Source: Chara braunii
Taxonomy: Eukaryota; Plantae; Charophyceae
Assembly (NCBI GenBank): GCA_003427395.1
Contig: BFEA01000027.1
Location: 2,826,469 to 2,890,468, forward strand
Length of the DNA stretch: 64,000 nucleotides
Reading direction: 5' to 3'
A program made the translations under genes and the position numbers. This document shows, one piece after another, positions 22,845 to 36,656 of the stretch. The notes beneath the pieces were generated by a model. It saw only the letters and a program-made list of their open reading frames with translations. It had not been told where the DNA came from and did no database searches. Numbering within the stretch: position 1 is the stretch's first letter; every line of letters starts with the position of its first letter.

Positions 22845-25655
22845 CTGGCTTTTTTTTTCGTTGTTGATTCGCTTACCTGCTAGTGTGAGACTGGACTACC
22901 GCTAGCGGAGGTGCTAGGTGCGAGCGCCAGCAGATCGGCGCCAGCAAGCAGGATTATCGCGAGGTGGATGAACCCAGGCAGGCGCCTGCGCCAAGTGCAT
23001 GCGCAGAGAGAGAGAGGAAGAGCTGACGGGCGGACCACTGCAGGGTGAAGTCGGGCCAGGCGAGGCGCCGAGTACGTGTCAGGCAGCGCCAGGCAGTTTT
23101 GGGCAAGGAGAGTGTGATGGGCGCTGAGGCGGCAGGCAGCAGGTAGCGAGCACGAAAGCGGGGGAGTGACGGGGAGTTGCGGAAGGGCCAGGTAGTAGGC
23201 GGGGCAGTCAAGGAGAAGGATGGGCTGAACCTGGGCGGTCCTACGTGCCAGGTATGTGCAAGGGTAGAGGAGAACGTCGCGGGGGCAAGCGCGAGTCATG
23301 GCGAACGAAGGAATGATCGGGAGAAAACTGAGAAAATCGTAGCCCGCCCGTTCTTCGATGGCATCGGGGGGAGAAAAAGGCGATTTGGGGGTTCTAGTCT
23401 AGGGCGAATCGATTGGCGAAGGCGGAATCAGAGGTAAGTTAGTAAAATTAGACTTAGTAGAGAAATGAGTTGCGCGGGCTATGGCGGAGACAGATACAAG
23501 AAGGGGTAAAAGTTTATGTATCTCGGCCATTTCTTGGCCGATTTCGTTGAACGAAGGCTCTAAATGGGGGTTTTGGGGCGTCGCGAGTTGACTGGCGGCG
23601 TTAGATTGGGCGATAGAGTAGTGGGTTGGGCGCTACGATGGTGAAAGACTGCGGGGGGGGTAAGGAGGAAAGTGATTGAACTTGGACGGGTTTCAGCGCA
23701 AGGTGCATGTGTAGAAGTGGGGAGGTAGATCATTGATCTTTCCCGTTTCTTGACGAAAACGGGCAGAAGAAGGCTTGGATCCAGAGTTTTCGAGGCGGGC
23801 AATCCGGATTCCGAAGTCAGACTTGGTAATGGGTTGGTAGTTTAGGAGGTTAGTAAGAAAGTTAGTGGGCGGGCTATGATGGGAGCGGGAGCGAAGGTGT
23901 AAGGAGAGAGGTATGGTTCGTTCGACTGAGGATGGAAATCGAACGAGCCATGGAGTTAAGCGGGGGTTTTGCAAGGCTACGAAGTGAGAGGTGGGGATAG
24001 ATTTAAGAGAAGGATAGTAGATTTGGAGTAAAAAGGGTGAGCGAACCTAGGCTGCAGGGTGTGCCAGGTGCAATCAGTAAGGAAAGGAGCGAAAGGGGGC
24101 AAAGGAGTCAGAGTGACCAGAGTGGAAGAGTGAGGAGATCGAAAGTGACGAAGAGGAAAAGCGAAGGAAAAGAAATGGAAGCCAGAGCACGGGATGAAGT
24201 TAAGAGGGGGGGGGGATGTATCTCACCGAGTTCTAGTGGAAGATTCATTGCAGTTTTGCATTTTTGGCCCATCCTATCGAAGAAAGTAGCTTCCGCCAGT
24301 TTGTGCGAGTACAATCAGACTGGTTGTGCGGGACGAGCCAAAAGCTAACTACGAAGCCACCCTGTGCCCTGATCAGGCTGGCGTGCGGATCCAGGCTCGT
24401 GCGACTTTGCCTTTCCTATCGATGGAGTGACTGGCCAATGATCACTGGCAGGTTGGAGGTCCTCCCGTTATTGAACTGTGGGGGATACCGGGGAGAGCGT
24501 CGTCTTGCTCAGAGAAGACCAGCTGCGAAATTGTTGTTGAAGCGGGGATGGGAAACGCTACAGGCGGGATAAGCCAGACGGACTGTGGGCTATGGAACTG
24601 CCAGACTGTGGACTGTGGACTACAAAACTGTGAACTGTGAACTGGTTGCCGACTGTCATGATAGAGTGCGCGCGGACTGTCGTTGTTGCAGTTGGTTGCT
24701 GGGTTACGTAGCCCTGCATAGACTACTGTTGCAGGTCCATCGCAAGTTGTGCACGGACTGCCACTGCTGAAAACCACGACTTTTGCTGTTGGACTGCAGC
24801 TATTGCTGCTGGTTAAGGCTATGTGTGACGATATCTGTCGCTGGGCTGCTGTTGTTACAGCTGGCTGTTGCCATATGTCGCTGCGTTTGTTGCAGAATTA
24901 CTGTTGTTGCCTACCTGGCCACTCTCGTATATGGTTGTTGCGCTGAGGGACTGCGTATGAACTGCTGCTATGATTAAGGACCATTACACGCTATTAAAAC
25001 AGCCGCGAATCGGGCGAGGCTTGAAGAGGTGGCCGGACTGGACAAGGAGGGAAGCTAGTACTACGATTTAAAAAGGGTCAGTAGAGGGTTTGACTTCAAC
25101 ATTTTGAACCAGAACTTGGTCAGACTGATACTAATTGGCTGCCATTGCGGGCCCCTCAGGTGTCTAGGCATCAAGGCCCTCTCATGTGGGTCTGAGTGCA
25201 CCATTCTTGGATCTGAGAGTCTCTACCTTCTATTTCTATCCCTTTCTTACTCTAAGTCTAGTCTATTGGTTCTGAGAGGAAGGCGACAGGCGGGATTGCA
25301 ACCCGTAGGTCCGCATCAAGACTCTGTGGGGAGTCCACCCATCGATTGCGGGAGCTCTCCCAGAACCTAGGCGAGGTTCTGGAGGCAGGGAATCATCAGG
25401 TATACCATCTCCATTTGTACAACCTACTATTACCCATGTTTGCCTATCTCCCTTTAGTAGGATTGCAGTATGCATGTGTTGTCCCTATGGTTTTTGCTTT
25501 CTCTTCATGACTTTAATCAGATTGAATGAAGAGAATGTGTGAGAGTGAAACTTAAGTTTCATTTTTGTTTTGACTGAAAGTAGACTAAGGATGAACTGGG
25601 GGAAGGTGGGAGGAAGGCAGTTTTGCATGCGTTTGGAAGGGTCAACCAAAGCCTG

Positions 25656-26215
25656 AGCATTGTTTCTACTGTGAATGGCTCGGGGCTATGTTTTATTTGG
25701 CTGTTTTTTGAAGGACCAGGCATTGTTTCTACTGTGAATGGTCTTAGTTGCTAGGGAGGATTTTTGGTCTAAGGTTGAGCATTGTTTCCATGGTGAATGG
25801 TTTAGCCTGAAAACCACGCACATAATTTAAACTAAGTATAAAGGAAAGTATTTTATGTATGTTTGCATGTGAACTGGCAGTTGAGCATCGTTTCTACTGT
25901 GAATGACCCAGTGTTAAGCCATATCATTAAGAAGAGAAAAAGGAAAATACAAAGTATAAATGGAAATAATTTGGGCAAGCTGAACATTGTTTCTACTGTG
26001 AATGGTTCAGTCCCCTGCCGATATTTGCCTTTTCTTTTAAAAACAAAGTCATAGAAATACTAAATCCTTGGATATTAAACAGCTTAGGGCGACTAGGCAT
26101 TATTTCCATGGCGAATGGCCTAGTCATCTGCCCAAAAGAAGAGAAAAGTAGTTTTGCAACCTGTTCGTGTATATCATAAAGACAAGCTGAACATGGTTTC
26201 CATGGCGAATGGTCC
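25656..26215 (+). repeat. Spaced repeats of GCATTGTTTCTACTGTGAATGG in the solo LTR
   Basis: About 7 copies with variable spacers of roughly 40-100 bp. Confidence 0.8.
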
Positions 26216-26534
26216 AGCTCTATGTCTTCTGTAAGATGGGTATAAGGATTCAAGAACTTGAAGATTCCTTAACTATATATATGGAATGAACTTGGGATGG
26301 TGAGAGTACTTACATTTGTGGTTTGATTTGCATGTGACTGGATAGGATGACTAGTTTGTTTGGGTTTCCGTTTTATAGGTAATTGCTTTAGTTGCTCGCC
26401 ACGTGCTAGAGTTTTAGGAGTTAGTGTCAATTCCTGCATTTTCTGTAATAATTTTTTTTTTACTTAGGTCATTTCCTGCATTTTCTGAGATCTTTTCTTA
26501 TATTTGGCTTTCTATAAATCTTGGCAAGCTACTT

Positions 26535-27245
26535 TTCCTACGGGAAGCGCTACCGAAATTTCTACAAATCCAAGAAGTTAGTCAACTTTTGACTTGTCAG
26601 AGTTCAACTTGTTTTTTCCATATACCTGGCTTAGTTAAATCTGGGAAGTCTCATTTTCTAAAGGGAGTGCTGCCCAAATTTTTATTAATTCAGGGAGTTA
26701 GACAAAAATTGAACTTTGGGAAGTCAAAGTTACTTTCAAAATATGAACTTAGCCTTGTATAAATTTTGGAATAACACTTTTCTAGAGGGAGCGCTGCCAA
26801 AATTAAGGAGTTAGTTAAATTCAGTCTAAAGTTGAGCTCGAGCTGTTGTTCGAGTTCATATCTGACTTAATATAAATCTGGGAAGTCTCCCTTTCTAAAG
26901 GGAGTGCTGCCCAAATTTCTACTAATTTAGAGAGTTGTACAGAATTTGACTTTCCAAAGTTAGAGATTATTTTTGCTTTTATANNNNNNNNNNNNNNNNN
27001 NNNNNNNNNNNNNNNNNNNNNNNNNNNNNNNNNNNNNNNNNNNNNNNNNNNNNNNNNNNNNNNNNNNNNNNNNNNNNNNNNNCTGGGAAGTCACCCTTTC
27101 TAAAGGGAGTGCTGCCCAAATTTTTACTAATCCAGAGAGTTAGACAGAATTTGACTTTCCAGAGTTAGAGATTATTTTTGCGTTTATATTTTAGCTTATA
27201 TAAATTATGGAAAGATACTTTTCTTACGGGAAACGCTGCCGAAAT
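26535..27245 (+). repeat. ~120-bp degenerate tandem repeat with core TTTCTAAAGGGAGTGCTGCCCAAATTT
   Basis: At least 6 cores. The related core AAGGAAGTGCTGCTGAAATTT occurs in the outer LTR (5460-5730). Confidence 0.75.
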
Positions 27246-29062
27246 TTTCTTAGTTTAGAGGAGATAGACTATAATTTGACAGGTGGCGATTCAGGTGACC
27301 CGCCCAGAATAGAGGAGTTTCCGCAGGTGGTCTACCTTTAGCTTAAAACATTGGCTTAAAAGTAGACTTAAGTTTAGCTTATAAGGAGATTTTGAGTAAG
27401 GATGTATTATGGAGTTGTATTCTCCATACACTTATGATCTTAGCTTGGGGATTGGTCTGCCGTGTGTTACAGGTCCTTTTGATCATTAGATCCAAGTTCA
27501 GGGCTAGATCCAGCTTGATCCCTTGAGGATCACTTTCTGTTATCACTGATAACAGATCGGTTGCCGATTCGTCGGCTTACGACTCAATTTCAACTCACCC
27601 TCCACACTCAACCTAAAAGGCTTTAGCCCTGGTGATTTCGTTGTTTTATTAAGGTTTCACCCGGACTTTTATTGAATGGTCATTTCACAAAGGTACTGAG
27701 TATTTAATTAAGGTTGGTTGGACAGAAGGTTTGGGGTTTGCATGGCTAAAGCGAGGGGTATGAGTGTCGAAGGTGGTTGGGGTTAACTCCGTATAGTGTG
27801 TGGGCTGTTGATTTGGTTCGTTGATGTGATTGCAGGTATGTGATGTGAATCAGATTCTGGATTTGGTTGCCTACGATCACATATATACGTATTGTTGTGA
27901 GAGACCCCAGTGAGAGTGTGAGAAGTGATCATTACATACTTAACCCTTATATATGTATACATGGGTATACTCGGGATGAATGTTTGCATGGGTTGAAGAC
28001 CCCCCCTTCTAAAATCCTACTCAGAAGCTGAGGCTGAGAAGCTTAGGGGAGACCTCTCCTTCTATTTTTTTGTTCTTACTTTTTGATGATTTTTTTTAGT
28101 CGGACATTTGGTCCTAGGCCGGGATTCGAGGTCCTTGTCTAGGACACCCCAAGCCCTAGGCTCTGCAGGGGAGGGGGTTTCCCTCTCGCTGAGCCTATTT
28201 GATTTACCTACCGAGACACTCAGGCCGAGAGCCGGAGGTGCCGCGGCGGCTGCACGGCTATTCCTTCAGCCGTGCAATGTCGTGAAGGGTTAGGCCCTCA
28301 CGACACTTCGAGTCTGACACTTGAGTGTCATAAGCGGTACTCGGATCCACGAGGGACCGCTTGATTATGGGTACTACATAGTACGCCATCATTGCGACTA
28401 CTTGCGTACGCTGCATTGCGAGTCGATATGAGTAGGCCCTGCGTCCGCGCGGTTTTATCCTAAGTCTCGCGCGCGACGCCTATTCGATTTCGCGTCGGAA
28501 AGCTACGGGACGGCTACCTAGGGGCTAGGAGCGTTGTCGCGTTGTTTATGTTGTGTCGTTTTGTACGCATGCGTGTGTATGTTTTATTTTTGTGTTCGTA
28601 AAGTGGTCTGCGCGTGGTGTGTGGGATGCGTCATAGTCGACCGACGATGGGCCGCGCTTCGGACTTCAGCCCCCCAAGATATCGGTTCACGTGCGGGTCC
28701 GATAGAGGCGTATTACCGCGTGTACCCCCTCTGCTACAGCGAACAAGAAACGCCCTCGGCTGGTCTACCTCTGCGATTGCAACTGATTAGCTTTCGTACT
28801 GTGGACTAGTAGCTCGGCAGGGATACGCCCACTGAAGGGAGGTGACAGTTCCCATAACGTGTAGGTAAGTCGTGCCTCGCGTAGGCCCTATCCTGTCGTA
28901 GGGACTCGCGAGAGGTATGGCTGGCGCACTCGGCCGGAGCGGCTTAAGGAAGCTCCACATGTATTGTCTGTGACGAAGGATTTAAACCAACTCCTGCGTG
29001 ACGCGGTCGGGAGGGTCCCTCGGTGCCCTGGTGCGGTGCCGGACCGGTGCACTCGACAACGG

Positions 29063-32000
29063 CGACTGCGTCACCACCCTCCTTGATGGGTGTGGAGTGC
29101 ATGCCGACGGGGGCTGCAGTGGCCGGCATTGCGGTTGCGAACAATTGAACCCCCCCCACACGGATAACAGTCACGGCAATCGAGAGCCATCAGCACCCGC
29201 CTCTTTTTGCGGGCCCGTTCGAGTTCCTGCATGTTCGAGATGCTGATGAGATTCCTTTATCCTCCCCGTCTTGAAAGCGTAGACCAACGGGGACAACGTG
29301 CAGGTGTGCCTAAGGGTGCAAAGCCCTCGAACTAGCGGGATCCTGAGTGGCGGGGATCTCTTGTAAGTGCACCATCCACCAACCACGAATTGTTGTGAGG
29401 AGTGCGAGTGTGAACAGGCCTGTGGGACCTGCATCCGTGGGCCAAGTTCAGCTGGTACACCCCGCAGGTTGTTGAAAAACATGCCTGTGGGACCTGCATC
29501 CGTGGGCCAAGTACAGACGGTACCCCCGCAGGCTGTTGAAAAACAGGCCTATGGGACCAGCACCCGTAGGTCAAGTTCAGTCGGTACCCCCGCAGGCTGT
29601 TGAAAAACAGGCCTGTGGGACCAGCACCCGTAGGTCAAGTTCAGCTGCTACACCCGCAGGCTGTTGAAAAGCAGGCCTGTGGGACCAGCACCCGTGGGCA
29701 TAGCTCAACTGGTACACCCACGAACATATGAAAAGAGGTCTATGGGAGCACAACCACTGGGCCTAGCGCAGATTGGTACCTCCGCGGACTGTTGGAAGAC
29801 AGTTATGTGGGATGAGCACCTAAGCAAGCCCAGTTAGCATACCCAGGAACTGTTGAAAATACAGACCTGTGTTCGAATCCAGATGATGGGGTGAGATGAG
29901 TAAAGCTTGTAAGACTAACCATTTCTGAATTACCCGGGGCCGGTCAGCTTAGTGAAAAAAAAAAAAAAAAAAAAAAAGTGTTGGACAGTGTCAGGGAGAG
30001 ACACAGCCAGAATGGCACTATGGCAAAGGCACGCCAGGATCTGACATACAGATCGTTCATTGAACCTCAACACAAGGGTTGGAGACGAAGTCTTTCAGAC
30101 TGATCCGGTCGCCTTGCTCGTATTGCCTAAGACATTGAATTGGGGCTGGAAATGAGGTCCTCCAGACTGATCCGGCTTCCTTGCTGTTTTGCCTAAGATA
30201 TTGAACTAGGGCTGGAAATGAGGTCCTCCAGACTGATCCGGTCGCCTTGCTGTTTTGCCTGAAACATTGAACTGGGGATGGAAATGAGGTCCTCCAGACT
30301 GATCCGGTCGCCTTGNNNNNNNNNNNNNNNNNNNNNNNNNNNNNNNNNNNNNNNNNNNNNNNNNNNNNNNNNNNNNNNNNNNNNNNNNNNNNNNNNNNNN
30401 NNNNNNNNNNNNNNNNNNNNNNNNNNNNNNNNNNNNNNNNNNNNNNNNNNNNNNNNNNNNNNNNNNNNNNNNNNNNNNNNNNNNNNNNNNNNNNNNNNNN
30501 NNNNNNNNNNNNNNNNNNNNNNNNNNNNNNNNNNNNNNNNGGTCCTCCAGACTGATCCGGTCGCGTTGCTGTTTTGCCTAAGACATTGAACTGGGGCTGG
30601 AGACGAGGTCCTTCAGACTGATCCGGTCGCCTTGCTGTTTTGCCTAAGACATTGAATTAGGGTTGGAAATTAGGTCCTCCAGACTGATCCAGACGCCTTG
30701 CTGTTTTGCCTAAGACATTGAACTGGGGCTGAAAATGAGGTCCTCCAGACTGATCCGGTCGCCTTGCTCGTATTGTCTAAGACATTAAATTGAGGCTAGA
30801 AATGGGGTCCTCCAGACTGATCCGGTCGCCTTGCTGTTTCGCCTAAGACATTGAACTGGGTAAGACATTGAACCAGGGTTGGAAATGAGGTCCTCCAGAC
30901 TGATCCGGTCGCCTTGCTTGTATTGCCTAAGACATTGAACTGGGGCTGGAGACGAGGTCCTTGAGACTGATCCGGTCGCCTTGCTCGGATTGCGTAAGAC
31001 ATTGAACTGGGGCTGGAGACGAGGTCTTTCAGACTCATCCGGTCGTCTTGCTCGTATCGCCTAAGACATTAAACTGGGTTTGGAAATGAGGTCCTTCAGA
31101 CTCATCCGGTAGCCTTGCTAAGTCAATCGATTTTTGCTTGCTGAAAAAGGGTTGACTTTTCTCCTTGTGAGAATAGTCCAGGCTAGTGTATTGGTGATTG
31201 CATGGGGTTTGACTGAGAACAACCTGGAAAGTAAAAATTAACTAAATAAGATACAGGACTCATGTTTTTGTGATAAGGACAAACGAAGGATGAAAACTTT
31301 GGGTAAACAAATCCTTGTTTTGAATTAGTTGAATGTGTTATTGACTTGACATACCTGTTGGCAATGCCTTGTCTTTTGCTCAATGCTATGCTTGTCTTCT
31401 GCGTTATAGGGTAGTCTGTTAGTGTTTGCCTTGTGCTTGAGCGATAGGCAGGTAGATGTTCACTTTTATGTTCGCATTTGTCTTTTTTCATGTATGTTTG
31501 TTTTGATAGGACTTCGACTAGCCTTTGAATTAGTATAAATTCTGGGAGCCTCCTTTCCNAGGGGAAATGCTGCCNAAATTTCTGTTGAATCATCAAAGTT
31601 AGCCAAGGTTTTGNGATGTCAGCTAGGATATGGTATAGTTTAGTCTTTGGGGACAGTTGAAATTTTGGAAGTCTTCCTTTCTAAAGGAAGTGCTGCTGAA
31701 ATTTCTACTGAAACCAAAAAGTTAGTTTAATTTCAGATGATTTTCATAGTCNCGAGTTTTTCTTTTTAGATTTGGTATAGTAAATATTCTTCGAGCACAC
31801 TTCCCTAAAAGAAGTGCTGCANAAATTTTCAGGATTTTTATATCGTTACCGGACGCTGCTGCTAAGTAAGCTTAGAGTGNGTTACGGAGTTGAACTCCGT
31901 TAACTCGACAGGCGATGCCTGCCTTGATTATTGTGGCGCAGGTCATTGCTACCTGCGAGAGTTTCTTCGAAGTCTTGAGCTTCATCAACTTCTGCTATCA

Positions 32001-33524
32001 CCTGATAGCACGTCGGTTTGCGACTCAACTCCTACCCACTGTGATACCCACGCCCAGATGTTTGTGACCCTGTAGGCGAAAGGAATTTCCGTATGAAAGA
32101 AAACCTATCCTTTGAACCTCTCTTGAATAGTCATGCAAAAGCTGTGTGAATCGGGATAGGCGGATATGCCTTTGTTGAATGGGGTCGGAAAGGGGCGTGT
32201 GGGACATGAGCCTGGGAGCAAAGGAGTTGACCACGTGTGGCATTTTGGATGTGAATCTTCATTGGGTTTCATGTGTGTGCAGGTATGTATGGGAGCGAGG
32301 ACTCGCTCCTAGATTTGAGAGTGATATGGATGAATGAGTGCAGGGTGTGAGTGACAAGGTTCAACTATGGCTGTGAGAATGACTCTCGCTGATTTCCCCC
32401 GAGACTCGCCATTTTCTTTCTCTTATTTTACTCTTGCCGTGTGCATCTAGCAAACAGGCAGGAGTAGCTGAGCGCAAGGTTTAGCGCTCGACCTTAGATC
32501 GGACCGAGACTTAGCTTGGGTACGACGAATTGCTCGCCAACCCATGAGTACTCGTATTTTCCTTCCGCAGGGGAAGGACGAGCGTACCCTGTCTCAAAAG
32601 GGGTCTTGCTTTTAAGATTAATAAATGGACGTTGGTCCTGAGCCTGGAATTCGAGGTCCTTGTCCAAGACGCCCCAGACTCCGATCCAGCACAAAAAGGT
32701 TTCCCCCTTGAGGCGGACTTGCGCCCCTTGCTTATCGTCACCCACTGCCTAAAAAACAGGGGTTCCGCAAGGGCCGAACGACTTATCCTTCAGAAGTGCA
32801 ATATCGTGAAGGAGAAACCCTTCACGATATTTCGCTTTCGACACTTGAGTATCGTACGCAACCCCGAAAACCATGGGAGGTTGAACGGATGTGGGTAACG
32901 CAAGAAGCGTCGCCATGATAGCAGATTAAGTGAGAACACATGACTGAACGTTATGGTTCCCATGGCAGTGGCATTCTTTTTATGTAACTATGTGCAGACT
33001 TCGCTCAGACACATTGGCAGTTCTGAGTTATGGGTCAGGACGTATGAAAAAGGGAGTAGGCTGATTTGTTTGTATGGGTTACGTTGTTTTATCGTGTATC
33101 GCGTGGTTATTTAGGATGTCCTAGTCGATCGACGCTGAATCGCACGTGGGAGATCAGCGCCCCAGCGTGACGGTTCGCGTACGGGTCGGAGCTAGGCATG
33201 GACCGCGCGTACCCCCTATGCTACAGCATACGAGAAATGCCCTCGGCTGGGCCACCTCCGTGATTGCAAGTAAAAACTTTCGCGTGTGGTTCAGTAGCTC
33301 GGCGGGGATACACCCACCCAAGGGATGGTGACAGCTCCCGCAGGTGGAGGTAAGTTGTACCTCGCGAGACCCTGTCCTGTCGTAGGGACTCGATGGAGGT
33401 ATAGCTGGCGCACTCGGTCGGAGCGGCTTCGCCGCTTCCCTTTCCATGAAGCGACTTGCGAATACTGCCAATCCTGCGTGACGCGGCCGGGAAGGTTCCC
33501 CCAGTGGGGACCGTGCGCACGACA
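29063..33524 (+). repeat. 3' LTR, second part
   Basis: Resumes collinearity with 2898-7409 and ends CACGACA. Confidence 0.93.
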
Positions 33525-33589
33525 GCGCGGCTGTTTTCGGTCGTCAAATCTGTAGATCTCGCGACCGAAAATGGCCGCGCTTCATGCTA

Positions 33590-33945
33590 TTATGATGGGC
33601 TGCTCCAAAAAGGAGTTAGCCCAGGCAGAGCATCGTGTGGCTCGATCCCAGCCTCTGTTGGGTGAAAGTTTGAATGCGATACCTATTGGGCTAGCTCCTA
33701 TCACGGAAGCTATCCCTGTCGCCCTTCTGTTTGAAAGGTTGCAGCCCATAAGGCCGCCTGATTCAGGCCTATACTACGGGCAACTTCAAAAAGGAGTTAG
33801 CCCAGGCATGAAATCGTCGGGCTCGATTCCAACATTTGTTGGGTGAAAGTTAAGTGTCGTACCTACTGGGCTAGCTCCTATGATAGGAACTATGCCTACC
33901 ACCCTTCTATTTGAATGGTTGCGGCTAGTAGGCCGCCTACTCTCT
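33590..33945. repeat. ~180-bp degenerate tandem duplication
   Basis: CAAAAAGGAGTTAGCCCAGGCA...GGGTGAAAGTT...GGGCTAGCTCCTAT occurs twice. Confidence 0.75.
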
Positions 33946-36656
33946 GGGCTAGGCTGGTGCAGTTTGTCTATCCCCTCCAAAGGCAGACCGCCCCGCCACC
34001 TGGCCGGCTGGGTTTAGTCTAGTAGGCCCGACAATCCACCCCTTTCGTCGTGGTTTGCCTTTGGACTCCTGACGCCCGTCTTTTAGAAAAGACACGTCAT
34101 TCTGATTGTGTCAACTTTTATCACCGTCACCATACCCCTGACGTGACTAAATTTTCTTATTTCTAGTCCTAAATCGTCCGGCTGCTACCCAATTTTAGTC
34201 AAAACAATTTATTTTTATTTATTTTTATCCGCCTTCTCTCTACCCGACCTTGTTTCGACGTAAGAGTGTCCGATTACACCATCTACCCTTGTCGTTCTGT
34301 TTGTCGGGAGATAGATGGCTGCATAAATTATATTTCTTCAATCGCGGACGAGTATAAATACCTTTCAGCGACGTTTTCATTTCATCAGACAAAATATTTT
34401 CAAAGCAAAACTTACTTCATAATTCAGATATTGTCCGACATTGAAAATACATGGCATATACCCTTGTCAGGGTTTCTGTACCGACACCGCAACTGTGAAA
34501 GTCTTGCAAGGAGCACAAAGGTAAGCAACGATTGTCATCCGAACTATCAATGATTAATTATCCTCCCCCGGACTGCCGATAAGGACATGTCATTTGCGTT
34601 GAGAGGATATCAATTTATCATCTAAATCTTCATATCGCAAGAAGGAACAAAAGCTTTACAAGTGCAATCCAAGTATTGACGTCAGAAGCACAAGATACGC
34701 AAGGGCTATCGCCCGAACTATCAATGATTAATTATCCTACTCCAAACTACTAAAAGGTCCACGCCATTTACATCGAGGGGATTATGAATTTATCACGTCG
34801 ATTCCGAATCTAAATATTCGTAAGAATGGAGAGGAGTCTCATGAGTCCACCAATGGTAGGAGATCTTCATTGAAGGCATTGCGACAACATCAGGGGTTAC
34901 GACCACTCTTGTGCTACTAGGAAGACATTGTATGAAGTGCATCACTCCAAGCACTTCCAGGGCTAATTGCTTCTCCATAACCGCTTCCCTCTCACCCTCC
35001 CGAACTTTCACAATTCCCAATTCAAATTTTCAGGCACTTCTAGTCCAACGATCCACTTCTCCTACCCGAACCACACCGTCCTCAGTCTTAAAACAATTTT
35101 TTTTGCCACCTAAAACTCCCATTACATACCATAACCATACTGCATAAAAGTTCCCACACTACTCCACGTACCTTGCCTCATCCTCTCCCTCATACTTCAT
35201 CCCTCTTCTATCCTCACTTGTACTCCCCTAAGTCTAAAGCTATGCTTTCTCTCCGCTTCACAAACTTCAGCTTCCACGAACCATTTATGTACCCTCTTGA
35301 CGAACCACCCACCCCCCAATGGCCCGTACTCTCGCCCTGATCTAAAAATGTACCCGTATCGCAAATCCTGAACCAACCTCATGTAAACCATATTTTTTTC
35401 TTGAAGCATTCCCAAGCATGTCTCCTCACCGCTACGAGGTTCTTTCCAATGTATTAAGAACCTTCCCCCCCTGCCAGTCTTTGTGTATCCTGTTCGCACA
35501 ACTAATTAATGTCAATCTCCTTTAACCGCAATCTCAACCCCTCCCCACACCACTGCCAACTCTCCCACAGATAAAGCATGGTGCCATCGCTCGCCTCCTT
35601 CTCCAGCTGCCATCGCTCATTCGCTCGTTCCACCATTCCGAGTCCCTGCAAGATGTCGGAGCCACTTGCGGGACGATGGAGGGAGATGGGCGGTCTAGGA
35701 GGTGTGCGGGCATGTGGTCCACCTTCACGACTCTCTCCTGTGCGATCAAGCAGCATCTATGGACTACTATTTTCCTATTTTTATCTGGATCGAACTTGTG
35801 CAGCAACCGTCCTACTCCACCCATTGCAGTTGGACCCTACTCTCGTGGCTCACGACCCTCCTTCAATTTTCAGGCAGTTGACAATGGTTGTTGGTCCTGG
35901 GCTACGACCGGACACGACTGTTAGGACTTCACTCTTCATGCCATTTGACTTCTGAGACTCACATCCACAAATTCATGACGTCGAGCATCCGGGCTGGTCT
36001 TAAGATCTCAGCATCCCATTCGCCCTCAACATCCACGATGATAAAACGGCGCCAGCATTCATCTACTATTGCCATCACTCATGAGTTCAAGGTACCGAGG
36101 AACTTGTCCAGAATGGAGTGCCGTGTTGCTGACCCTGCTCCCACTTCCTAAAGCCGCGACTGTATAACAAGTAACTGGTGACTGGCTGGTCACCGCAGGT
36201 TAAGTTCCTTCACGTGCTGCGCCCTCGGGAACAGGACCAGCCGCAGTTGTCATCGCTTACGCGAACCTGCGCACGCACAGTAAGGGCAGCCAACCGGTTG
36301 CACAGAGGAAGAGTCGTTTTCCCTCGCCTGATTTTGGCGCAGTCCCACCCACCTAGGAGGTGTTGCAGGCCTGCGGCCCACCTTCGTGACTCTCTCCTGT
36401 GCGATAGATCAAGCAGTATAGATGGACTATTCTTTTCCTAATTTATCTGGATCGGACCTGTGCGTTGGGTCTCCAGTACGTACAAAAATTCGGCACTTGT
36501 CTCTCATCTATATTTCTCTCACCTACATATTGACACGGTGACTCGGGGAGAGGCTCGGCACAGGTCTAGCAATACTACCCGGCCTGGTCAGGTCAGGTTC
36601 GGCGGCAGTGTTGGGTGTTGGCTGGTTCAGCGCTACTGGTAGTGCCAGTGCCGCGG

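Larger units (their letters stand above)
21458..29058 (+). mobile_element. Nested 7.6-kb solo LTR of a related Gypsy family
   Basis: TGTCG...CGACA termini and a perfect 4-bp TSD ACGG (21454-21457, 29059-29062). Shares ACCCTTACAAGGGTAT near its 5' end and the U5-like end (CCTGTCGTAGGGAC, CTGGCGCACTCGGCCGGAGCGGCT) with the host LTR. No internal PBS or pol. Confidence 0.88.
1786..33524 (+). mobile_element. Full-length decayed Ty3/Gypsy LTR retrotransposon, with a nested solo LTR
   Basis: Two long direct repeats with TGTCG...CGACA ends, a PBS, a PPT and PR-RT-RH-IN domain order. Imperfect 4-bp TSD GCGT (1782-1785) / GCGC (33525-33528). Confidence 0.95.
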
